64,000 nt of DNA from a virus (IMGVR_UViG_3300025018_000001); one strand, 5' to 3'. Shown: positions 39,005 through 49,714, numbered from the stretch's first letter. Made by a program: numbers and translations. Notes: generated from the letters alone by a model not told the origin.

Positions 39005-39035
39005 AAGGGTAGTTGGTAATATATCAGCTACCCTT
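39005..39035 (+). terminator. Hairpin, possible terminator
   Basis: aagggtagttg / cagctaccctt 11-bp stem. Confidence 0.5.
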
Positions 39036-39054
39036 ACTAATGTGAGATACATAG

Positions 39055-39567
39055 ATGACTAAATTTATAGAGAATGTAGGAAAACAAGTGTTCATGGTGG
39101 CAGAAGAGAAACGTAGTGCTACTCTTCTAACTTTTTATAATAAACCTGAGGAGGTTATTTCCTTATTTAATAGTAGTATAGCTGGAAGTATTTCAGAGAT
39201 GTCACTATTTCATGGGACACTTACTAAAGCAATAAGTATACCTGAGGATATTAATACAAATATTGACATAACTATTATAGTAAGGCAAAATAAAAATAAC
39301 AGCGCTGTATTAATACCCTGTGTTAATTTAGACTATGCTCAAGAAGTAATATCTGCATTAGTAGGGTCATCCGTATCAGACGATGATAAATACAGTGAAG
39401 AAGTTATTGAAGACATAATTGGACTAAGTCAAAAGAATATTGATAACATCTTTATATTTTATGGTTACGAGGTTGAGTTGCACTACTCTTTTGATAAAAC
39501 AGAGCTTGACGAAGAAATATTAGAAGGGAGCAAAGAAATTTATGAGCAAATCTCCTCCGAACAATGA
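39055..39567 (+). CDS. Hypothetical protein
   Basis: ORF track. Confidence 0.65.
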   Translation: MTKFIENVGKQVFMVAEEKRSATLLTFYNKPEEVISLFNSSIAGSISEMSLFHGTLTKAISIPEDINTNIDITIIVRQNKNNSAVLIPCVNLDYAQEVISALVGSSVSDDDKYSEEVIEDIIGLSQKNIDNIFIFYGYEVELHYSFDKTELDEEILEGSKEIYEQISSEQ

Positions 39568-39907
39568 TAAATTCACATTGTACTACCATACTGGAATATA
39601 TCATCTGTTTTCCGGTAGAGTAATTGGGTACATTGATGATAAACAATTTGCAGCACTGTTAACATCTCCACAGATATTAGCAAGAAAATTAAGTACTATG
39701 CCTCCATTAGACTTTTATGATGTTATTAGTCCTAAAGCGGTGAAGTTACGTCTAGCTTTTTTAGCAAGAGACAGTAACAATAATAGGCACCTAATACTAT
39801 CAGGAGTAATAAAAGAAATAGAAAGTTCATTATCATATGGTTACGGCGAAATAGCCTATGTGGATGAATGCAATAATATGTTTTGTTTAGAAACGGAGGT
39901 AGAATAA
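39542..39907 (+). CDS. Hypothetical protein
   Basis: ORF track. Confidence 0.6.
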   Translation: MSKSPPNNDKFTLYYHTGIYHLFSGRVIGYIDDKQFAALLTSPQILARKLSTMPPLDFYDVISPKAVKLRLAFLARDSNNNRHLILSGVIKEIESSLSYGYGEIAYVDECNNMFCLETEVE

Positions 39908-39913
39908 ATTAAT

Positions 39914-40648
39914 ATGTTAACTACATCATTACTACCTGTAAATAAATGTATTGTTACAGACTATTTACAGTCAACAAAGTTAGCCCATTATACCTCTGGT
40001 TATCTGGTGTACATAGAGGGTATTCAAAATGATATAGATGTACTTTGTTCAATGCTAGTAACCAGTGCTGGAGGGAAGTTGTCTCATAGGCCTTCTTTAA
40101 CTAAAATACGCACACCTGTAGTATTCTTTGATGATTTAGTTAAAACAGGTGTGTACGGAAAAAGTAGTTGCTTTCTTTTGGTTGACACAACTAATGTATC
40201 TTATTTAGACCTAAAAGGTGTTGACTTTATAAATATGTTGTATGCTAGAATAGTTAGTTTAAATAGGATTAGTTGTAATTATTTTAATAACAACGTCTTA
40301 GTAAATAACAATCCTACTATAAAAAAATTCTTCCAGGATTATAACGCAGCAGCTAAAGTACATAGTAAAGCAATGGTAGAAAAAGTAAATACCTCTGAAA
40401 AAAGGGTAAATCTAATACATAATATGTTATTATTAGAAAGTTTTATAAAAAAGAATCTTCCTCAACCAGTACAAAATATGAATTTTTTACAGAGGGCTTA
40501 TACAGTTGCAAGAGATTACGAGCGTAAGGCAACACATAAAAAGATTGAGGCTCTTTTAAAAAACAAGGACTGCGCAAAAATATTAAGCGATAACCAGGAG
40601 AACAAAGATGCTTTACATAGGTACAAAAATAGTGGTTATTGGCTCTAA
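39914..40648 (+). CDS. Hypothetical protein
   Basis: GGAGG RBS. Confidence 0.7.
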   Translation: MLTTSLLPVNKCIVTDYLQSTKLAHYTSGYLVYIEGIQNDIDVLCSMLVTSAGGKLSHRPSLTKIRTPVVFFDDLVKTGVYGKSSCFLLVDTTNVSYLDLKGVDFINMLYARIVSLNRISCNYFNNNVLVNNNPTIKKFFQDYNAAAKVHSKAMVEKVNTSEKRVNLIHNMLLLESFIKKNLPQPVQNMNFLQRAYTVARDYERKATHKKIEALLKNKDCAKILSDNQENKDALHRYKNSGYWL

Positions 40649-41429
40649 CGTAAAGAGAAAAGCTGGTCCCCGTATAGGCAGTATAGGTTTCATAGTAGAT
40701 ATAATGACTAATAAACGTATGACTTTATTAGGTAATAATCTTGTATGTGATGCCTATATACTATTTATTCAATATGGTTTTCAAAAGCAGCAACGGTATG
40801 AGTTAAAAAGAGTAATGGTTGCTATACCTAGGTTAGAAAATTGGCCTTGTGATATAGATAAAGTACTTACTAAAACAGTCAAGTCAGTGAAAACAGACGC
40901 ATCAATCAGGCTACCCCTTTTAATGATATGCCCTGTTACACAATTTAATGATAAGGACTTACAGCATAAGGTACATAGCCATCTATTGAATGGCACCATG
41001 CGTTATAAATTACAAAATGTAGCGTATGTACAAAATTCTAAGCGTTTTCCTAACACAGAGCGCCTACATGCAACACTGCCTGAAGGTGCCAAAACGTTTT
41101 TACGTGTAAGTACCGTAGGTATAAACCCAAATGCTTTGAATATTTTATTGTCAAAAGTATTTGAGAAGGACAAATATGTTTTAAGGGAGGTACTTGAGCT
41201 TGTTTTAAAATTGGATGCTCTTCGTAATATAACCGAAAAACAGTCAAAAGCACCGATAGGACCTAAAGGTAATGACATTATATTTAATAGTTTATTCAAA
41301 CCTTACGAATTTAGGAGATGTATTATAGAGTCCGGCAAATATGCCCCAAAGGAACTCTTTGCTTTCTGTGTACAACTTAGTAATAGTCTTATAATCGAAG
41401 GAATTAAAGTTGTAAATAAACATGTATAA
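40608..41429 (+). CDS. Hypothetical protein
   Basis: AGGAG RBS. Confidence 0.7.
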   Translation: MLYIGTKIVVIGSNVKRKAGPRIGSIGFIVDIMTNKRMTLLGNNLVCDAYILFIQYGFQKQQRYELKRVMVAIPRLENWPCDIDKVLTKTVKSVKTDASIRLPLLMICPVTQFNDKDLQHKVHSHLLNGTMRYKLQNVAYVQNSKRFPNTERLHATLPEGAKTFLRVSTVGINPNALNILLSKVFEKDKYVLREVLELVLKLDALRNITEKQSKAPIGPKGNDIIFNSLFKPYEFRRCIIESGKYAPKELFAFCVQLSNSLIIEGIKVVNKHV

Positions 41430-41440
41430 AAGGGGATACA

Positions 41441-44400
41441 ATGTTTCATTCAAATCTGGATGTAATCGTTACTGGCTTCGTAGGACAGTTCAATTCAAGA
41501 ATTCTTACAAGAGCCAATGCTCAAACATTTTCAGCCTCTATAGCTGTAGATAATAATGAGACAGAGTTGAATTTTATAATGAAAAGGGATGATATTCAGC
41601 ATGTATTATCTATACCGAAACCTTTTATGGAGAATTCGGTTAAACTCGTAAGAGTAAATGGTATCGACAGAGCTGTTGGAAAGTATTTTTGGAAAGTACA
41701 AGAGCGTCTCATGGAATATGAAGATGTAATTTATGAGGTGCTCTTCGGCTATCCAGCACACATGTTGCCAGAGTACATGATTAAGAGTAACTCATCAGCT
41801 ATGCAACAGCTTCGCTACGCATTTGAGAATAACAAATTGGCTATAACTTTACGAAGTATTCAGAAAAGAATAAACTTCGTAATAAATAATCTTCCGATTC
41901 ATGAAACTAATCTAAATTCTTTTGTGATGAATCGAAGAATAACAATATTTGACCCGGAGTTCGATGTTCTTTCTAATCCTGAAGATCAACATGCTTATCA
42001 AGTAGAGAAAAATAAGACCTACTTTGACAAAGGATGGACATCTTTAGGTTTGTCTGACGGCTGTCTTGCAGGAAAGAACTACATGTTGGACTTTGATCTT
42101 CGTAATCTTTCACCGTTTGGAAGCAACTTTCATAACCCACAGAGAAATCTTTATTCTACTCTTGGTATGCGTGGAGATGAAGAACCTTTGGTACATTCAA
42201 CAACGACATTCGCATTAGCTAATGAAGGCTTAACAAGAAAAGGTTGGAACTTGTTTACTATCTTCGTAGACATTCCTGACGTATGGGAAGATCAATTGAT
42301 GGTAGATTCTAGCCATGCCGACAAATTCATTGAATACACAAAACGATATACGTGTTTTGGTGATGTATTGGTTAAAGAAGGTGATGAATTAGCCACCGAC
42401 GACCAGCTTTTTGTAAATAGAGCAGGTGAAATCAAAGCATTCGATATTCAATGCGATCACGCTGTAGTAACCTCTATTGAGGAGAAGGAAGATAATATAG
42501 GTGGGGTTCTCTTCCCAACAAATATTGTTACTATAACCTATAAACGTCATCTTAAAGATGGCACCAAACTTACTAATCTTGCTGCTAACAAGGGTGTTAT
42601 TAGACTGCGCGACCTTGGATATGCAATTAACCCTGCCACTGGAAAACAACAGAAGATAGACGTCATTGTATCAGCAAAGGCTGTATTAAAGAGAAAGAAC
42701 TACACTCAAATACTTGAGGCAATGCTTAACAATTTGAATGGTAATCAAACTGTTGTAGTACCTGATGGTGTTGTAGTAACAGAGGATGTTCTTTCCACAG
42801 CGTTAAAATCCATTGGGCATAATGCAGATGGTACATGGATATGCAAAACCTACGCCGGTGATTTTAGATGTATAGCTGGAAATGTGTTTTGGGGAGTAAC
42901 TCATGATGCTGATGATACTATATGGCGTCCAGGTGCTACTAAAGCTGTGAATGGTAGGGGTTTGCGTGAAGCAGGGCTTAAATTCTCAACAATTGAATTT
43001 CGTGCGCTTACTACACGTTTTGGTGAGAATAATCCTGTGGAAAAAGAAATACTCCACTATGCACAAGGTTACAAAGATGTAAAAGAGTTGCTCACTGTTC
43101 TTAAATATAAGTTAGGTAAGAAGAGTGTTGAGCACTTGACTCACAACGTAAAGGATATTAACCCTCTGCGTCAAGAAGACGGCATTATGATTCAACCAGA
43201 AGAGTTGGTTGATACTATAGTAGATCCTGATAGAGCAGAAGAAGGTTTTATGCTCAAATTGCCAGTTGAATATCAGGTAGTAATTGACCATGAATTCAAC
43301 GTATTAGCTAGTGGTTTCCCCTGTGTTGTGGGTGATACTATTGGTGACAAGAAGGTTTTCAAAGTAATATCACTGGATTCAATATACGTGCCTTACGAGA
43401 ATCTTCGGCGTTGTTGGAAACATGACATCGGGAGAGTGGGACTTAATGACATTGGTAATGCTTTAAACACCATAGTTATAATGTCTCATAATTATTTAAT
43501 TGATAATGTAGCACCACTCAATACTACGATGCTGTATAAGGCAATTGGGACTTACTTCAGTATAGTTGCAAGCAAGCTTAGTACTAAACGAGGTGAATTG
43601 AGTGTTCACGCAATGGCTGTAAGATATCCTCATTCAGCTAAAGGCGTAGCTACATTGAGTAATGAACTGGAACCTAATACTATTGAAATACATTCCAGTA
43701 TGGCAAATAGCCTTAATGTAGTAGATGGTGATATCGTATTAGTTGAACGATTCCCATGTTTAGGTTTTATGTCTATCCGCCCACAGAAGGTAAAGGTAAC
43801 TGAAGATCCTTTGTGTAAATTCACAGTAAGGGTTAGTGGTAATAGTTTAGGTTCTTTATCTCTTGACTTTGATGGTGATGTGCTATATATTGCAGCTTTC
43901 TACTCTAAAGATGCTATTGCAGCACTGAAGAGAGAATTCTATACACCAAACGAGTATTGCATAAAGCATATCAAAGCTTTCAACAGCAAGATGGGTACTC
44001 CTAGAATAATGGAGATGGCATTAGCTGACTATATGATTACTCCTTTTGAGGCTTTAACAAAGGAAAGTCATGCTGAAATAGTTAGTAAACTTACTGGTGT
44101 AAAGAGTAACACTGGTCCTGTAGTAGCATTAGCTTACAATCTTCTCAGAATTATGGAAAACTCTGACATTTCTGGTGACAGAGAGTTGGAATGCGAAGTA
44201 GAAGTGTTTATGGATACAGTTGCTAACTCTGTATTCAAACAGAAACACGGGGCTAAATCGCTTCATAAAGTGGTTACAGATGCGGTTTGTGCTGCAGACC
44301 TGGAAACCTTGATAAGTGAAGGGTTTGATCCTAAAACTTCCGAAATAATTTGTAAGCAGATTACAGAAAAAGCGGCACAGGTTGGGATAAATGACGTAGC

Positions 44401-44695
44401 TGCTTATCATAAACTAATTACAGCTAAGGGAGGAAGCAACGTAATTAATAAGATTGTACGCGAACAGAACGTACTGTACTTCACTAGTAGAGCAAGTTTG
44501 TCAAGCTGTAGGATTGTTAAGAACTTAATGGATTATCAGAAAGTTGATATTCCTAGTAAAGTTTTTAGCAAGATTATGAGTTTGAATTCATCCTTGTCTA
44601 CTGTGGATCATGAAGCTTTGAAAGGAATGCAAACACCAGAATCAATGATGTATTGTTCTGAGGTACTCAAAGCTTTGAACATGTTAATAAAATAA
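41441..44695 (+). CDS. Single-polypeptide two-barrel DNA-directed RNA polymerase (beta-like and beta'-like regions fused)
   Basis: GTKLTNLAANKGVI and IDVIVSAKAVLKRKN (RpoB-like); KRGELSVHAMAVRYPHSAKGV, LVERFPCL and DFDGD at residues 809-813 (RpoC-like). Confidence 0.85.
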   Translation: MFHSNLDVIVTGFVGQFNSRILTRANAQTFSASIAVDNNETELNFIMKRDDIQHVLSIPKPFMENSVKLVRVNGIDRAVGKYFWKVQERLMEYEDVIYEVLFGYPAHMLPEYMIKSNSSAMQQLRYAFENNKLAITLRSIQKRINFVINNLPIHETNLNSFVMNRRITIFDPEFDVLSNPEDQHAYQVEKNKTYFDKGWTSLGLSDGCLAGKNYMLDFDLRNLSPFGSNFHNPQRNLYSTLGMRGDEEPLVHSTTTFALANEGLTRKGWNLFTIFVDIPDVWEDQLMVDSSHADKFIEYTKRYTCFGDVLVKEGDELATDDQLFVNRAGEIKAFDIQCDHAVVTSIEEKEDNIGGVLFPTNIVTITYKRHLKDGTKLTNLAANKGVIRLRDLGYAINPATGKQQKIDVIVSAKAVLKRKNYTQILEAMLNNLNGNQTVVVPDGVVVTEDVLSTALKSIGHNADGTWICKTYAGDFRCIAGNVFWGVTHDADDTIWRPGATKAVNGRGLREAGLKFSTIEFRALTTRFGENNPVEKEILHYAQGYKDVKELLTVLKYKLGKKSVEHLTHNVKDINPLRQEDGIMIQPEELVDTIVDPDRAEEGFMLKLPVEYQVVIDHEFNVLASGFPCVVGDTIGDKKVFKVISLDSIYVPYENLRRCWKHDIGRVGLNDIGNALNTIVIMSHNYLIDNVAPLNTTMLYKAIGTYFSIVASKLSTKRGELSVHAMAVRYPHSAKGVATLSNELEPNTIEIHSSMANSLNVVDGDIVLVERFPCLGFMSIRPQKVKVTEDPLCKFTVRVSGNSLGSLSLDFDGDVLYIAAFYSKDAIAALKREFYTPNEYCIKHIKAFNSKMGTPRIMEMALADYMITPFEALTKESHAEIVSKLTGVKSNTGPVVALAYNLLRIMENSDISGDRELECEVEVFMDTVANSVFKQKHGAKSLHKVVTDAVCAADLETLISEGFDPKTSEIICKQITEKAAQVGINDVAAYHKLITAKGGSNVINKIVREQNVLYFTSRASLSSCRIVKNLMDYQKVDIPSKVFSKIMSLNSSLSTVDHEALKGMQTPESMMYCSEVLKALNMLIK

Positions 44696-44711
44696 AAGAG
44701 GTAAAAGTATT

Positions 44712-45089
44712 ATGGCCAAAGCAGTAGGATTAAGTTTTAACAGGGTTTGTCTTTTGGGTAGAGTAACCGGAGACCCTGTAGTAAATGGGGAATGGGTTTC
44801 TTTTCAATTTAAGACAATCGTACCAAAACTCGGCCCAGATAATAAATGGGTTGAGGCAGAAGTAATGGTACCGATTATGTCCAACGATCCCAGAAAGGTT
44901 GAAACGGTAACAAACTTTGTACAAGACGAGCGTCAATTGTACATTGAGGGTTACGTAGAAGCCTGGGATGGTGGATGTGGTGTATTTATTGGTATGATTA
45001 AGCTTGGTTCTAAAACCATGTATGATGCTGACGCTCAACAGGGTGGGTATCAAGGTGGAGGACAGAAGAAAGGAAACTTTCCAAGTTAA
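44712..45089 (+). CDS. ssb: Single-stranded DNA-binding protein (OB fold)
   Basis: FNRVCLLGRVTGDP, QLYIEG, Gly/Gln-rich tail. Confidence 0.75.
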   Translation: MAKAVGLSFNRVCLLGRVTGDPVVNGEWVSFQFKTIVPKLGPDNKWVEAEVMVPIMSNDPRKVETVTNFVQDERQLYIEGYVEAWDGGCGVFIGMIKLGSKTMYDADAQQGGYQGGGQKKGNFPS

Positions 45090-45109
45090 TAAGTAAATAA
45101 TGACGGGTA

Positions 45110-45562
45110 GTGGTAGCTACTGTAGTTACCACTACTTTGTGTTTTAACGGAGAAACTATGCAACCAGATGTTAGCTTACAGAAAGTACAAGCAGCACCAG
45201 ATATTACAATTGATAAACCGAATACACAAGAAGAACGACTACGTGAACTTGAAGCTAAGATGTCATCAATAGCACAAATGCTATATATGTTTAAAAGATC
45301 TGGCTTGCCTAAAAAGGTAGTGTGTACTAAACGTAATACTACAGCTGAGGGATTACCATACAATACCTGTTTTTTAGGGTATACTAAGGGGTCCACTTAC
45401 CCGTATATTTTAGTGGTAAGTGAAGAAGGTAAATATATGATAGGAGACAGAGAATTCGATACGCTAGACGCAGCAACTGAAATTATTTGCGGAGAAGCGG
45501 TAAATGGATTCAATTTTTGGCAAACATTCGAAGGGATGTCTTTGGAAGAGTTTATCAAATGA
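45110..45562 (+). CDS. Hypothetical protein with C-terminal RAMA/DUF4357-like segment
   Basis: FDTLDAATEIICGEAVNGFNFW; start may be 45158. Confidence 0.5.
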   Translation: MVATVVTTTLCFNGETMQPDVSLQKVQAAPDITIDKPNTQEERLRELEAKMSSIAQMLYMFKRSGLPKKVVCTKRNTTAEGLPYNTCFLGYTKGSTYPYILVVSEEGKYMIGDREFDTLDAATEIICGEAVNGFNFWQTFEGMSLEEFIK

Positions 45563-46947
45563 TTGTAGAAATATGCAATGTATTAAATGTAGATATAACT
45601 GATGAGATATTGCTGCAAATTGTTCTAGATGATCTTACATATGATAATCCATTGTATAAAGAAGCAGTCAAAGCATTTAGGTCTACTAGAGGCATTCAGC
45701 AAGTACTAAAAAACTTTACCTACTCTAATGGTTTATACCAATTACCAAGAGGGTACTTTAGTAGACTTTGTGCTATAGCACAAGAATTAAACATACCTAT
45801 AGAGTTTACCGACTCAAGGGCTGTTGTTCCATTTGATACTCAATATAATCATTCGATACAGTTGAGAGATTATCAGATGCCAGCACTTACAGCGCTATCT
45901 AAACATTCGGACGGTCTTCTTGTAGCTCCGGCAGGTAGTGGTAAAACAATTATAGGTATAGCTACTATTCTAATGTGCGGGCAAAGGAGTTTGTGGATTA
46001 CCCATACAAAACAACTATTATTTCAATTTGTTGATAGGATACAGAAATTTGTAGAGATACCAGACACTGATATAGGATTAATATATAATGGTAAATGGGA
46101 TGTAGATAAACCGATAACTGCTGCATTAGTACAAACTTTAAGAACAGATACACAAAAATTACAAGAAATATCTAAAAATTTTGGTACTATAATAACAGAC
46201 GAGTGCCATCATCAGCCTAGTTCCACGTTTACAGAAGTTATAACACAATTGAACCCTTACTACTTGTTTGGTTTAACAGCTACACCTGCAAGAAGAGATG
46301 GTTTAGAGACAGTGCTGTTTCAAAATTTAGGTCCAATAAGGCATACTATACCAAGGGCCGCTGTTACTGACGGTGTATTAACACCAATAATAAATACAAG
46401 ATATTTGGATACACCTGGTATACCTGAAGAAGTAACTTATCAAAAACTCTTACAAACACTTACAAAGAGTGCTTTTAGAAACACTATAATAACAAGAGAT
46501 GTTGTTTCGCAAGCAGTAACAGGAAACATATGTATTGTTGTGACTGAGAGAGTATCACATGCAGAAATACTATTTGCTAAAATAAAGAAGCTATGGCCAA
46601 AAACAGGAATAATGATTGGTAAAAATTCTGATAAGCTGAGGGATAAAACTTTAGATGAACTACACAATGGGGATATTACTGTACTAGTATGTACTTCCCA
46701 TTTACTTGGTGAAGGTTTCGACTACGCTCCACTCAATAGATTGTTTATTGGGTTACCTTTTCGTAATATCGCAAGATGTGAACAACTAGTAGGGAGAGTT
46801 CAACGTATTAGTGAAGGTAAGATAGATGCTATTATATTTGACTATGTTGACAACCATGGACTAACTAAACATCAATACAAAAACTTTGGTGACTCAGGCT
46901 GCCGTTATAATGTGTATAGAAAGCTAGGTTGTAAAATCTTGCAGTAG
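45559..46947 (+). CDS. Superfamily 2 helicase (DEAD/DEAH, UvsW/XPB-like)
   Basis: LRDYQ, APAGSGKT, DECHH, GLTATP, EGFD, QLVGRVQR. Confidence 0.92.
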   Translation: MIVEICNVLNVDITDEILLQIVLDDLTYDNPLYKEAVKAFRSTRGIQQVLKNFTYSNGLYQLPRGYFSRLCAIAQELNIPIEFTDSRAVVPFDTQYNHSIQLRDYQMPALTALSKHSDGLLVAPAGSGKTIIGIATILMCGQRSLWITHTKQLLFQFVDRIQKFVEIPDTDIGLIYNGKWDVDKPITAALVQTLRTDTQKLQEISKNFGTIITDECHHQPSSTFTEVITQLNPYYLFGLTATPARRDGLETVLFQNLGPIRHTIPRAAVTDGVLTPIINTRYLDTPGIPEEVTYQKLLQTLTKSAFRNTIITRDVVSQAVTGNICIVVTERVSHAEILFAKIKKLWPKTGIMIGKNSDKLRDKTLDELHNGDITVLVCTSHLLGEGFDYAPLNRLFIGLPFRNIARCEQLVGRVQRISEGKIDAIIFDYVDNHGLTKHQYKNFGDSGCRYNVYRKLGCKILQ

Positions 46948-47011
46948 TGGTTACATACTTATTTTTTGGTGGTTTGGTGATTTAGTATACATATAATAGT
47001 GAGGTAAATTT

Positions 47012-48106
47012 ATGCAAATAGAAAGATCTGAAGTAATGTCAAAACTTGCTGGTATAGAAGATAGTCTTATAAGAATTCCCGAAGGCTTGAGAAAAGAGCT
47101 TCAAGTTGATTTGGGCAATATTATTATAGTTAAGGGTTTACCCTTGCAAGTTAATAAAGCGTTCAAACAAGAGGCTATTCCGTCAGTTTTAAAGGCATTC
47201 GTATCAGACAACGTAATAAAAAAGTTAGGCATACCAACGCATAACTTGTCACTTGAACAACATATAACAATGGGCTGTGATCCAGAGTTATTTTTAGTAG
47301 ATATGAAAACAAATAGGTTGTATAATCCAGGTTTCTTAGTAAAAAAGACAGCTACTGTGGGTTACGATGGTATGTTGGCAGAGTTAAGACCAGCCCCTGA
47401 TGTAGACCCAGACGAGGTTGTAAATAATCTTTATAAACTAATAGTTGAACTAAAAAATGTACTAATAAAACATAGGCTCCATAATGTGCGTATGATTGCC
47501 AAGTCTGGTGGGTGGAATTTATTCGCCGGATTTCATGTCCATTTGGGTATACCTAAAAAATTATTAGACCCTGGAATGCCAAATTATATAAAAATATTAA
47601 GAGTAATACTAAAGTCATTAGACTACTACGTAGGTACTCTAGCAGTTTTAGCAGAAGGTAAAGACTACACTAGAAGATGTAACCCACTTGTTGCTTATGG
47701 AAAAGTAGGCGATTTCAGAGTAGATAACAGAACACTTGAATACAGAGTACCTGGTGGTGCATTATTAAAGCACCCAGATTTAACTAGGGGTCTGATAAGT
47801 GTGTCTTCTTTAGTAGCACATGATGTGATTGAAAGACTTCGAGTGTTTACAAATGATTTTGTTGGGGACATCGAAGACGAAAGTACTTTAGCAAAACAAA
47901 TCTATCCTAATTTGATAGATACACAGCACATGTTCCCTCTGATATGTGCACCTGACGTAGGGAAAGCATTTAAAGAATTGGATAACGTTCAACAAGATTT
48001 AAGTTGTATGGTCAACTACGACTATTATAGAGAGTCTCTAGAACGCTTTTATAACTTACTACATATAAAAATAGCCGATGATATTTGGCTTAATTGGAGT
48101 AAATAG
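47012..48106 (+). CDS. phiEco32-like COOH-NH2 ligase type 2 (copy 2) with extra N-terminal domain
   Basis: MGCDPELFL, DG..AELRP, GFHVHLG, YGKVGDFR...LEYRVP. Confidence 0.85.
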   Translation: MQIERSEVMSKLAGIEDSLIRIPEGLRKELQVDLGNIIIVKGLPLQVNKAFKQEAIPSVLKAFVSDNVIKKLGIPTHNLSLEQHITMGCDPELFLVDMKTNRLYNPGFLVKKTATVGYDGMLAELRPAPDVDPDEVVNNLYKLIVELKNVLIKHRLHNVRMIAKSGGWNLFAGFHVHLGIPKKLLDPGMPNYIKILRVILKSLDYYVGTLAVLAEGKDYTRRCNPLVAYGKVGDFRVDNRTLEYRVPGGALLKHPDLTRGLISVSSLVAHDVIERLRVFTNDFVGDIEDESTLAKQIYPNLIDTQHMFPLICAPDVGKAFKELDNVQQDLSCMVNYDYYRESLERFYNLLHIKIADDIWLNWSK

Positions 48107-49714
48107 ATGTATAACGATAAATGGATATTTTTTAATAACCTACCTGGAAAACCAGCACTTTCTAATGAGGAAGTAAAATACTGGCTTGGTAGTTTAAATA
48201 AAGTTTTGAAAGTAGGAGTTGAATTTGAATTCAATCTTCAAGATGCGAAAGGTTTTTGTAGAGGAGCTAGTGAAAGTTGTCCATGTGTAAATATGAATGA
48301 TGCACATGATTGTTGGAAAGCCTGTTTGAATGAAGCAGAGTGCAAGGTATTGCTTGGTAAAGATTTCGATATGCAATGTCATAAACAATTCTGCAGCGGC
48401 TTTAGAAGTGCATGTATATCGTGTAAAGACTTTAAAGTTAATTGTTTAAACTGTAAATATATGTATGACCCAAGCCATGACCCAGATTCAATTAGACAGT
48501 TTTTGCGTAATTATTTAGAGCCATCAAAAAGTTATGGTAATTTAAGTAGGACAGGTGTTCATAGTGTTGTATGTGATGGTTCTTTATTAGGTGAAGGTCA
48601 GGAGGGTAAAGGTGTAGAAATAATTACTGTTGGTAGACGTGTTGATTATTGGGAATTTTACAATATGATTAGTGATATCATAACATCCTCTATACAAAAA
48701 GGCGCTTATGTCAATGAGAGATGTTCAACACATATACATGTACTGACAGGTTATTTTGATGCACAGGAGAGAGATTCCAGATTCAATGATGTGAATGATT
48801 TGGAAAAACCACTTCCTCAAATAGTAATGGCTAACTTTCATCAATTATGTAGAAGATACCAAAATGCTCTAACTTGGATGTCTATGGGTTTAGACCAGCC
48901 TGAACAACTCACTAGGTGGGAAAAGTATAGAGTGTCATTACTCGATACTTCACCAGTGTCTATGTCTATGCCTGACATAATAAGAAGATTAGAAGAAATA
49001 TCCTATAAGCCCCGTGGTAAGTATGGTTGGGCTAACTATATGTACTCTAAATTTAATCATAACAACGATGTAACAAGATTTCATGCAGAGATGCGGGTAT
49101 TGGATGGCATGATGTCTGCAAGTGTCGTAACAGCAATGTGTTGTTTATATCAGGCACTACTGGTTAAAGCTGTTGAAATATCTAAGTATGGTCTACTTGA
49201 ACTAGGTTCTAAAGAATGGTTTGACCAAACTATAGACATTAAGCATAGACTGTTGAACAATGCCCCACAAGGATGGAGCGAAAACAGGTTTTCTAATACT
49301 GAGAACTTGAGAGAAGAGCACATGGAGATTCTTAGAATGGAGTCTTTAGATCTACTTAACCAAATAAAACATCTGTTAATGCGAACTGGTCCAGCGTTTG
49401 AAGTATTGGAGAAGTTAGCACAAAAACCTGTTGCTTTCTTTAGATGTGATGGAGAGTCATGGGAAAGTATTGAAGAACACTTTGCTGTATTTAGAGCTAG
49501 TGAAACTATTTTAGATCAAAAAATTGATGAAATTATTGATTTTAGAACTATATCTGGCTGTAAAGATGAGATGACATGGCTTGAAAAAGTAAGTGGTATG
49601 TTAGAGAAGGAAGGTATAGCTACCATTGAGCAAGTTCTAAATAATGTCGCTATCCAAAAACGGAATGGGTTATGTATTTGGTCGGATAACCTCGGAACTT
49701 TATTAAAAGTATAA
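48107..49714 (+). CDS. Amidoligase-2 family enzyme with Cys-rich insertion
   Basis: VGVEFEF, DGSL, EIIT, CSTHIHV, KYGWANY, AEMRVLDG; about 14 Cys in residues 50-120. Confidence 0.8.
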   Translation: MYNDKWIFFNNLPGKPALSNEEVKYWLGSLNKVLKVGVEFEFNLQDAKGFCRGASESCPCVNMNDAHDCWKACLNEAECKVLLGKDFDMQCHKQFCSGFRSACISCKDFKVNCLNCKYMYDPSHDPDSIRQFLRNYLEPSKSYGNLSRTGVHSVVCDGSLLGEGQEGKGVEIITVGRRVDYWEFYNMISDIITSSIQKGAYVNERCSTHIHVLTGYFDAQERDSRFNDVNDLEKPLPQIVMANFHQLCRRYQNALTWMSMGLDQPEQLTRWEKYRVSLLDTSPVSMSMPDIIRRLEEISYKPRGKYGWANYMYSKFNHNNDVTRFHAEMRVLDGMMSASVVTAMCCLYQALLVKAVEISKYGLLELGSKEWFDQTIDIKHRLLNNAPQGWSENRFSNTENLREEHMEILRMESLDLLNQIKHLLMRTGPAFEVLEKLAQKPVAFFRCDGESWESIEEHFAVFRASETILDQKIDEIIDFRTISGCKDEMTWLEKVSGMLEKEGIATIEQVLNNVAIQKRNGLCIWSDNLGTLLKV

